From IMG/VR virus record IMGVR_UViG_3300040801_004946: DNA of 44,436 nucleotides, one strand, 5' to 3'. The notes below the pieces were generated by a model. That model was not told where the DNA came from and did no database searches. It worked only from the letters and a program-made list of their open reading frames with translations. The number at the start of each line of letters is the position of its first letter. The first letter of the stretch is position 1. The DNA comes from a virus. Shown here piece after piece: positions 37,559 through 44,436 of this stretch. Made by a program: the position numbers and the translations under genes.

Positions 37559-38146
37559 ATGAAGAACGAATTAACCTCAAAAGTACTTGAAGAATTTTTA
37601 GATGATTTAACACTTGATGTTGATTTTGATGCTAAAACTGGTCGATTTGAAGTTAAAACACCAGAAACAGATTATCAAGATTTAATAGAATATCCTACCT
37701 TAACACAGTTAATCAATAAAAACTATGAGGAATTTTTAGATGCAATATTTATTGATTTAGAACCAATTATACAAATTGAAATTTCTAAAATTGAACCTGA
37801 AGATCAAAAAGGTTATGAATATATGATTGATAGTATGTCAATAAGACAAAAGCCTGGTTCATTAAATAGACTTGGGATCCATTTGCATCAATTTTGGCAC
37901 AAAGATTATCCAGAATTAAATATAGAAGATGTTGAATTTTTCATTGATAAAATGACTGAAAAAGGATTCACTGTTGATGAGATTCATGATATTTACACTT
38001 TAACAAAAAAATTGGAAAAAACGAAAGATTTAATTGATTTTGTTAACACTTATGACGAATACAGTAAAGTTTATTTAGACAGAAGAAGTTTAACTGGTTT
38101 CCAAAGAGAAAGTTATACAATTAAAGGATTTAAAGACTTTCGATAA
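37559..38146 (+). CDS. Hypothetical acidic protein (195 aa)
   Basis: ORF only. Confidence 0.4.
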   Translation: MKNELTSKVLEEFLDDLTLDVDFDAKTGRFEVKTPETDYQDLIEYPTLTQLINKNYEEFLDAIFIDLEPIIQIEISKIEPEDQKGYEYMIDSMSIRQKPGSLNRLGIHLHQFWHKDYPELNIEDVEFFIDKMTEKGFTVDEIHDIYTLTKKLEKTKDLIDFVNTYDEYSKVYLDRRSLTGFQRESYTIKGFKDFR

Positions 38147-38867
38147 TTTCAATTTCTCTTTCGTAAAATTTATTGTGTTGTTTTTCTAAACAATCAATGT
38201 TAATTAATTCATATTGAAATTCTTTGCTATTCACTTTTAATTCCCATATATCTTTTTTAACAGTATGACCATATATTTGAATCAATTTGTTTACTGGATA
38301 TTGCTCAAGCGTATGTTGATCACACCAGGTTGGTCCTCCCCAAGCAGCACCTCCACCTCTATCCCAACCAGCTGGAAATAATAAATCTCGACCTTCTTCA
38401 GTTTTCATCATTTGGTTGATTTTAGTAGCATAATTATCAATTCCAACTTCTTTCACTTTTGACATATTTAACCAGGGTTGACTAACTCCGGCGTGTGTCC
38501 AAAGAACATTGTTAATTTGAAATGCAACGTTAAATAATTCTAAATTGTCGTGGAATAATTGACTTAATTCCAGATGCATACTTTCTCTGTAACCTGAACA
38601 TTTATATTTAGTCCAAATATATTGGACATCGTGATTTCCTAATAATAATTCAATTGTTTCTGGGTGTTCTTTTTTAAAATTAATTACGTTTTTTAGATTG
38701 TTATATATGGTTTTATCAAATACATCCCACGAATCACAATAATCACCAACAAATATTATCTTATCATAATAATATACATCATCTTTAATTTCCATCCATC
38801 GAACACGCCCATGTAAATCACCTATACTAAGTGTTTTTATTATTTTCGTATTCTTGCCATTGCTCAT
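38130..38867 (-). CDS. Metallophosphoesterase (Ser/Thr phosphatase / ApaH-like)
   Basis: The blocks SIGDLHG, FVGDYCD, LLGNHD, THAG and GHT cover the MPE motifs. Confidence 0.7.
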   Translation of the reverse strand: MSNGKNTKIIKTLSIGDLHGRVRWMEIKDDVYYYDKIIFVGDYCDSWDVFDKTIYNNLKNVINFKKEHPETIELLLGNHDVQYIWTKYKCSGYRESMHLELSQLFHDNLELFNVAFQINNVLWTHAGVSQPWLNMSKVKEVGIDNYATKINQMMKTEEGRDLLFPAGWDRGGGAAWGGPTWCDQHTLEQYPVNKLIQIYGHTVKKDIWELKVNSKEFQYELINIDCLEKQHNKFYEREIEIIESL

Positions 38868-39141
38868 TTAATTGTTCTCTCTCTTCTTTTTTCGCCTTTT
38901 CTCTCTCATATTTCCTTTCTGCCGTACACATTGAACAACTACATGGTGTTCCAGTTGTTTTGTATATTTTTCCAAAATCGGATTTCATTACATCTATAAC
39001 AGTTGGGCGATCAATTGTCCCTTCAGATGTGATTAACTTATCGAGTAGATTTGCTTGATATTTACAACGCTTACGCCAATGATTATATCGTTGTAAGATT
39101 CTCCATCCTCGATTCCGGCGTTGATTCGAATAAGTACTCAA
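38827..39141 (-). CDS. Small basic protein with a CxC...C cluster, possibly nucleic-acid binding
   Basis: ORF. Arg-rich N-terminus and Lys/Glu-rich C-terminus. Confidence 0.3.
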   Translation of the reverse strand: MSTYSNQRRNRGWRILQRYNHWRKRCKYQANLLDKLITSEGTIDRPTVIDVMKSDFGKIYKTTGTPCSCSMCTAERKYEREKAKKEEREQLNEQWQEYENNKNT

Positions 39142-39634
39142 ATTCCGTAATCTGTTTAGTTATATATTTTAAATAATCAGAATCAAAAAAGTTTAAAAAT
39201 TCTTGTTTAAAAATTTCATTCTTCGAGAGTACATTATATTTATGATATATTTGTGCGAGAGCATCTAATAATTCTTTATAATTTAATTCTAAATAATCAC
39301 AATCATCCCTTAAAAAAGTGTACAACATTTTGGGAGCATATGGCATTTCCCCACCTTGAAATTTTCTATGTTTTAATACTTTATTAGATGTAACTATTTG
39401 AGCTGGTTTAAAGTTTAAATATGCCAATGACGAACCATAACATGAATAGAATCTACTTATGTCGTCTAAATTAATGTTTTGTTTTATTTTGAATTTAGAA
39501 TTTTTAATTTGGAATTTATTTGGTGTTGCTTCATAAAGAACAACACTTAAGCTTATTCCAATTATTGGGGCAGATTTTGGATATAATAAACTTAAACTTT
39601 TACTATATCGGGTCGTATGAATTAGCTTTTCCAT
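39083..39634 (-). CDS. Hypothetical protein (183 aa)
   Basis: ORF only. Confidence 0.35.
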   Translation of the reverse strand: MEKLIHTTRYSKSLSLLYPKSAPIIGISLSVVLYEATPNKFQIKNSKFKIKQNINLDDISRFYSCYGSSLAYLNFKPAQIVTSNKVLKHRKFQGGEMPYAPKMLYTFLRDDCDYLELNYKELLDALAQIYHKYNVLSKNEIFKQEFLNFFDSDYLKYITKQITEFEYLFESTPESRMENLTTI

Positions 39635-39650
39635 ACTATAAAAATAAAAA

Positions 39651-39680
39651 AAACCTGTTAATTATGAAAATAACAGGTTT
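39651..39680 (-). terminator. Intrinsic terminator downstream of dnaK
   Basis: A 10-bp stem aaacctgtta/taacaggttt flanked by A and T runs, 22 nt after the dnaK stop. Confidence 0.6.
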
Positions 39681-39701
39681 AAAAAAAAGAAAAATTGGAA
39701 T

Positions 39702-41657
39702 TTATTTCACTTCTTCAAATTCAACATCTTCTGTTGATGCTCCATCATTTGTAGGTTGTTCAGCTCCGGGTGATCCTGCTCCACCAAATGGATTAGCTGC
39801 TCCACCAAACATATCTCCCATTGCATCCATAGGATTAGCGCCATCTCCGGCAGCTGATTGATACATTTTAGTTGCAACTTCCTGCATTTTTTCATTTAGT
39901 TCTGCTTGATATTTATCAATATCATCCAAATTTTTAGCAGTCACTGCTTCTTTCAAAGGTTCTATTTTTTCATTTAGAGCCGTTACATCTGCTTCATCAA
40001 TTTTCTCTTCATTTTCTTTTAGAAATTTCTCAGTTTGGAAAACTAAACCATCTGCTTGATTCACTTTGTCAGCTTCTTCTTTAACTTTTTTATCAGCATC
40101 TGCATTAGCTTCGGCTTCTTGTTTCATTCTTTCGATTTCTTCTTCAGATAAATTACTAGAACCTTGAATAGTGATTTTCTGTTCTTTACCAGTTCCTTTA
40201 TCTTTTGCCGCAACATGTAGTATTCCAGATGCATCAATATCAAAAGTAACATCAATTTGTGGTACTCCTCTTGGAGCAGGTGGAATTCCATCCAAATTAA
40301 ATTGACCTAACATTTTATTATCATTGGCCATTGGTCGTTCACCTTGAAATACATTGATAGTTACACTTGGCTGATTATCTGAAGCAGTCGAAAATGTTTC
40401 TGACTTTTTAGTTGGAATAGTAGTATTTGCTTCAATTAATTTTGTAAACACTCCACCCATTGTTTCAATGCCTAAGCTGATAGGGGTTACATCCAACAAC
40501 AATACATCATCTACATCACCAGATAAAACACCGCCTTGAATAGCAGCACCTATTGCGACACATTCATCTGGATTAATTTTTCGATTTGGTTTCTTATTAA
40601 AGAATTTTTCAACTTGATCTTGCACATATGGTATTCTAGTTGAACCACCAACTAAAATAATTTCATCAATTTCTGATTTATTAATCCCAGATTGTTTAAT
40701 TACTTCCTTACATGGTGCAATTGTTTTCTGAACAATTGGATCAATAATACTCTCAAATTTAGCACGTGTTAATGTGGTTACCAAATGTTGAGGCATATTA
40801 TCGATAGATGTAATATATGGAAGATTGATTTCAGTTTGTGTTGCTGATGACAATTCAATTTTAGCTTTTTCAGCTGCTTCTCTAACACGCTGATAAGCCA
40901 TTGTGTCTTTTGTTAAATCAAATCCCTTATCATTTTTGAAATCTTCAACTATCCAATCTATTATTGCATGATCAATATTATCTCCACCAAGTTGATTATC
41001 TCCAGATGTTGCTAGTACTTCAAAAACACCATCTCCTAATTCTAGAAGAGATACATCAAATGTACCACCTCCAAAATCGTAAACAATTATTTTGTGATCA
41101 CTACCGTCTTTATCAAGACCATATGCTAAAGCTGCAGCAGTTGGTTCATTAATAATTCTTTTAACTTCTAAACCAGCAATCTCACCTGCTTCTTTAGTTG
41201 CTTGTCGTTCAGCGTCATTAAAATATGCTGGCACAGTTATAACTGCTTCCTTAACTTCTATTCCAAGATATTCTTCTGCTGTTTTCTTCATTTTTTGAAG
41301 AGTCATTGCTGAAATTTCTTGTGGGGTATACTTTTTACCTTTAATTTCAACTCTAGGTAGATTTCCAGATTTAACTACTTTATAAGGTACATTTAATGTA
41401 TCTTTAGTTAAATCATCATATTTTTTTCCCATGAATCTTTTTATAGAATAAATGGTGTTTTCAGCGTTAATCACTGCCTGTCTTTTTGCAGTATCACCAA
41501 TTTTTCTCTCGTCTGATTTTGCATCAAATGATATAACAGAAGGAGTTGTTCGTTTACCTTCACTGTTTGTTATAACAACAGGTTCTCCTGCCTCAATTAC
41601 AGATACACATGAGTTTGTTGTACCTAAGTCAATTCCAATTATCGATTTTTTTGCCAT
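39702..41657 (-). CDS. dnaK: Molecular chaperone DnaK (Hsp70), bacterial Bacteroidota-like
   Basis: [14 protein letters not shown], the full ATPase and substrate-binding domains, [37 protein letters not shown] and the C-terminus EDVEFEEVK are all present. The Gram-negative-type insertion between IKRFMG and YTPQEISAM is present. Blocks such as [31 protein letters not shown] and [33 protein letters not shown] closely match Bacteroides/Flavobacteria DnaK. Confidence 0.95.
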   Translation of the reverse strand: MAKKSIIGIDLGTTNSCVSVIEAGEPVVITNSEGKRTTPSVISFDAKSDERKIGDTAKRQAVINAENTIYSIKRFMGKKYDDLTKDTLNVPYKVVKSGNLPRVEIKGKKYTPQEISAMTLQKMKKTAEEYLGIEVKEAVITVPAYFNDAERQATKEAGEIAGLEVKRIINEPTAAALAYGLDKDGSDHKIIVYDFGGGTFDVSLLELGDGVFEVLATSGDNQLGGDNIDHAIIDWIVEDFKNDKGFDLTKDTMAYQRVREAAEKAKIELSSATQTEINLPYITSIDNMPQHLVTTLTRAKFESIIDPIVQKTIAPCKEVIKQSGINKSEIDEIILVGGSTRIPYVQDQVEKFFNKKPNRKINPDECVAIGAAIQGGVLSGDVDDVLLLDVTPISLGIETMGGVFTKLIEANTTIPTKKSETFSTASDNQPSVTINVFQGERPMANDNKMLGQFNLDGIPPAPRGVPQIDVTFDIDASGILHVAAKDKGTGKEQKITIQGSSNLSEEEIERMKQEAEANADADKKVKEEADKVNQADGLVFQTEKFLKENEEKIDEADVTALNEKIEPLKEAVTAKNLDDIDKYQAELNEKMQEVATKMYQSAAGDGANPMDAMGDMFGGAANPFGGAGSPGAEQPTNDGASTEDVEFEEVK

Positions 41658-41728
41658 AATTTTTTTATTTTTTATTTTCTTATCTATTATAGTACAATAA
41701 GTGTGCCAGTTTAACTTTTAACTAAAAA

Positions 41729-41771
41729 GTATGACACCGGTGTCAAAAAATATGACACGAGTATGACACAC
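41729..41771. promoter_or_regulatory. Candidate operator upstream of dnaK. It is a perfect 14-bp palindrome plus two extra direct half-site repeats.
   Basis: gTATGACACCGGTGTCAaaaaaTATGACACgaGTATGACACac. TGACACCGGTGTCA (41732-41745) is a perfect inverted repeat. TATGACAC recurs at 41751 and 41762. The site lies 70-115 nt upstream of the dnaK start, in the divergent region with 41816-42226. Confidence 0.4.
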
Positions 41772-41815
41772 TTAAAATTTTATGAACAAATATAATGAAA
41801 ATTTGATTATTATAT

Positions 41816-42226
41816 ATGAATATTTTTTCATTTGTCATACATTTTATTTTAATTTACATAATGAATAAGAAGTATTTAGATTTTTCCAAAGATGCATGTA
41901 TACATGAGATCATTAATTTGATTAGTCGTCTACGGGATCATAAATACAGAAATCTACCAAATTTTAAAATTAACAAATTTGAAGATCATAAAAAAGAGCA
42001 CAATTTTTATTTAAATAAAAGACTGTTTGAAATTCAAAAACATCCTGATCAAGCATCTTGGGATATTTTAGCGGAAACAAAAGCAAATTCACCTATAAAA
42101 CATAAAATTGGCGGCATCCCTTGTCGTTTTCTAACACATAAAGATTTAATTATTCTCTGTCAACAATTATTAAGTTTAGCAGAACACGAAGAAATAATTG
42201 TTAGCATTGATGAATTAGATGATTAA
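41816..42226 (+). CDS. Hypothetical protein (136 aa)
   Basis: ORF only. Confidence 0.35.
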   Translation: MNIFSFVIHFILIYIMNKKYLDFSKDACIHEIINLISRLRDHKYRNLPNFKINKFEDHKKEHNFYLNKRLFEIQKHPDQASWDILAETKANSPIKHKIGGIPCRFLTHKDLIILCQQLLSLAEHEEIIVSIDELDD

Positions 42227-42745
42227 ATCGTCAAATTTTTCTATTTTACTAATTTCGTCGATATACCTATTATATAGATCAATATATAATTGTTTGATGT
42301 TGATATTATTATAATTAAATCGAGTGTTTATTGTTGATTCGGTATAATATTGTCTTTCTCTATATGTTGTTGATCTGTGAATAATGAATTTTTCTGGGTG
42401 CCATCTATCAAAAAAATGTTTTAAATGATTGCTCATTTCTTTTTCGAGTGAGTAATATACATAGTTAGGACCTTTCAATTTAATTGTTGTATTATCCAAA
42501 AGAAGAAAATCTCTTTCTACATCTATGTAATTTTCCGGATATTTGTGTTTTAATATATTAGATATCAAGTGTGATAATTTAAGATTTAAAGAAACAAATT
42601 CCGATTTTGTCGCAGGCACAAATAACTCAATTTGTGAGTATTTATGTATGTCTTGTTGTAGTAAATCTGAAAATATAATTAAACAATTATCATCTAAATT
42701 TTTATCTTCTGTTTTTCTTACAATTTGGAAATCTTGTTGTATCAT
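42215..42745 (-). CDS. Hypothetical protein (176 aa)
   Basis: ORF only. Confidence 0.35.
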   Translation of the reverse strand: MIQQDFQIVRKTEDKNLDDNCLIIFSDLLQQDIHKYSQIELFVPATKSEFVSLNLKLSHLISNILKHKYPENYIDVERDFLLLDNTTIKLKGPNYVYYSLEKEMSNHLKHFFDRWHPEKFIIHRSTTYRERQYYTESTINTRFNYNNINIKQLYIDLYNRYIDEISKIEKFDDLII

Positions 42746-42799
42746 TTATGTTTAGCTGTTTAACGTTTGTAAATATATAAAAAAATCGTGTAGTATTTA

Positions 42800-44436
42800 A
42801 TGTCATTAGTACAACAATATCCAAATCCAGGAATATATGTTATCGAAAGAGATAGATCAAGAATAGATAGAACCGAATATTCTGGTGTTGTCCATTTAGT
42901 TGTTGGAAACAGTCGAAAAGGTCCATATAATAATCCACAATTTATTGAAACTAGAGCTCAATTTATTCAAACATTTGGTAATATTGATACTCGATTAGAA
43001 AGACGATCATCTTATTTTCATAGAACAGTTTTAAAAATGCTCGAATCTGGGCCTGTGTATGCAATGAACATTTTAAAAACAGATCCCGAACTTGATATAA
43101 CGAATTTTAAAAGTTTTTCATGCGCAACACATATTTCAAATGAAATTAATAAAGAAGCACCATATAGTTATTTTTATGATCGTACTGGATTTTGGCGAAG
43201 AAGCACCGATCAGTTACTTTGGTTAACTCAACAAAATGGAGTAGAAGAAGATAAATTATTACATTTTGTTAATTTTTTAGATAAACCAATTACAATTTTT
43301 GCTTTTAAATCGAACTTAAAAGGTTTTAATATTCCTCTTGAAGACTGGTATGGTACTGATAATGTACCACTATATTTGCATCCTAAAGATTGGGCTAGTG
43401 ATTATATTGTTAGAGTCGTAGCAATATCAGGTGATTGGACGAATTATCAAAAACTTAGTACTGATCCAAAATATGCAAAATATTTTGATTTTTCTGGACT
43501 TAGAAAAAGTGCTGTTGATGCATTGGTATCAGATTCAAATTTTGACGTTGTAGGTGACTGGGATGTTAGTTTAATTCCATATTTTAAAGATACTCGGGGA
43601 ACTGATATGTATATCGAATCTGTTATAAATTCGTCAACTAATGAAACTGGTATATTTGTTTCGTATAATACTGAATCATTTGAAACAGATTATAGAAACG
43701 GATTTGTTGATATGATTGGACAGAATCTTATTTATGTTAATAATCGGTTTGAAATTGATTTTTTATCATACAGAGAAAATTTATCAGATACAAGAAAAGT
43801 TGAAGAATCTAAGTTAGATATTAATAATAATAGTTGGGGAGATCCTAACTGGGCAGTTGGTCGAACTAATTTATTAGCGGAAGGATATGTTCATAACTCA
43901 CATTTAAGACCGTTAATTATTTCTCAAACCACAAGTACTATTATAACACCATTAGCAACAAATTTTGATTCGTATGCAATTTTAAAAGGAGAAAGAGTTA
44001 ATTTACCTAATGATCCAGAATATTTATTAGAAATTGATAAATATTTATCTATTGGACAACAAATGTGTTTATCAATAGTATTAAATTCTGATGGGATTAA
44101 TTTTAGACTTGGTACTGTTAATAAAAATAGTGGGACATTGCATAAACCTGAAATTGATCCTATAAATGAAATTGTTCTTGGATATTACAGAATTAGTAAA
44201 ACTTCTACCGGCGATATTACTACTGAACTATTTCCCGTTTGTTTAACTGAAGAAAATGATTATAGATATTTTTCAACTAAAAACTTTTTACCGTCTTGGA
44301 GAACCCCATTCGTCGATAATAGTCCAGAAATAACTCCTGAAGTTGAAGATACTTATACTAGCCGAATAGATTTTGTTGATTTGCCTGAAAAATGGCAAGC
44401 ACAATTTAAATTTGAAAATGCTACAAAGTATGTTCC
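42800..44436 (+). CDS. Contractile tail sheath protein (phage myovirus / eCIS-type), partial. About 545 aa lie in the window and the ORF continues past the window end. It is not in the supplied track.
   Basis: I translated from the ATG at 42800 (MSLVQQYPNPGIYVIERDRSRIDRTEYSGVVHLVVGNS...) and it reads without a stop to 44436. The N-terminal YPNPGIYVIERD matches the sheath N-terminal pattern (Y.SPGVYVEE.D.S). Its length is consistent with sheath proteins. Confidence 0.55.
   Translation, partial: MSLVQQYPNPGIYVIERDRSRIDRTEYSGVVHLVVGNSRKGPYNNPQFIETRAQFIQTFGNIDTRLERRSSYFHRTVLKMLESGPVYAMNILKTDPELDITNFKSFSCATHISNEINKEAPYSYFYDRTGFWRRSTDQLLWLTQQNGVEEDKLLHFVNFLDKPITIFAFKSNLKGFNIPLEDWYGTDNVPLYLHPKDWASDYIVRVVAISGDWTNYQKLSTDPKYAKYFDFSGLRKSAVDALVSDSNFDVVGDWDVSLIPYFKDTRGTDMYIESVINSSTNETGIFVSYNTESFETDYRNGFVDMIGQNLIYVNNRFEIDFLSYRENLSDTRKVEESKLDINNNSWGDPNWAVGRTNLLAEGYVHNSHLRPLIISQTTSTIITPLATNFDSYAILKGERVNLPNDPEYLLEIDKYLSIGQQMCLSIVLNSDGINFRLGTVNKNSGTLHKPEIDPINEIVLGYYRISKTSTGDITTELFPVCLTEENDYRYFSTKNFLPSWRTPFVDNSPEITPEVEDTYTSRIDFVDLPEKWQAQFKFENATKYV

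Noticed and set aside
39702-41657. A dnaK-grpE-dnaJ operon, or a CIRCE element, as the context of dnaK
   Set aside because: No grpE or dnaJ genes are adjacent. dnaK is monocistronic with its own terminator, as is common in Bacteroidota. The upstream palindrome does not match the CIRCE consensus (TTAGCACTC-N9-GAGTGCTAA).
1-44436. Origin as a giant eukaryotic virus (Mimiviridae-like), suggested by ~28% GC, many glycosyltransferases, Hsp70, MVP and an AAAATTGA-like motif at 793-800 upstream of the MVP gene
   Set aside because: The Hsp70 is bacterial DnaK with a Bacteroidota-like sequence and the Gram-negative insertion. YqgE/AlgH and a bacterial-type RNase P-like RNA are present. The terminators are classic A-run/hairpin/T-run intrinsic terminators. 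The AAAATTGA motif occurs only once in front of an ORF.
1-44436. CRISPR array
   Set aside because: No regularly spaced short direct repeats were seen anywhere. The only tandem repeats are coding (45 bp x 2.2) or intragenic domain duplications.

Overview
The window is a 44.4-kb AT-rich (~28% GC), densely packed prokaryotic segment. The best anchor for its origin is a DnaK (39702-41657, minus strand) that is bacterial and Bacteroidota-like. It carries the Gram-negative insertion in the N-terminal ATPase domain and an ...[10 protein letters not shown]-terminus. Start codons lack Shine-Dalgarno sequences, which also fits Bacteroidota. Five A-run/hairpin/T-run intrinsic terminators punctuate the region. 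I cannot decide whether this is a chromosomal island, a prophage or contractile injection system (CIS) region, or a very large phage of such a host. Phage-like content includes two tail-fibre-like genes, a contractile tail sheath gene running off the 3' end, stand-alone HNH and NUMOD3 homing-endonuclease-like ORFs, and a DUF932-like gene. Housekeeping-type content includes dnaK, a YqgE/AlgH homologue, an RNase P-like RNA, RmlC and WecB. The main contents are as follows. (1) A full-length Major Vault Protein (MVP) homologue (918-3497) with its own terminator, which is very unusual outside eukaryotes. (2) A ~16-kb, almost entirely plus-strand glycan biosynthesis and decoration array (about 20984-36890, with more transferases at 14.4-20.9 kb). 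It encodes GT2, GT25 and GT7-like transferases, a GT-D-like candidate, a fused RgpF/WbsX protein, WecB, four SAM methyltransferases, two sulfotransferase-like proteins, a small kinase-like protein, two metallophosphoesterases and a duplicated gene pair. (3) Several GC-richer non-coding islands. One looks like a bacterial RNase P RNA (12925-13222, minus). Three are tRNA-like genes with canonical acceptor and T arms but oversized interiors: a tandem pair of 108-109 nt and an Asp-like element with a 55-nt variable-region insertion. One is an unclassified ~190-nt structured element (4929-5121). (4) A trio of adjacent unrelated proteins sharing a C-terminal K-x-FDL(F) tail. (5) A palindromic TGACAC-repeat operator candidate upstream of dnaK. 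All functional calls come from recognising motifs by eye; no database search was run.
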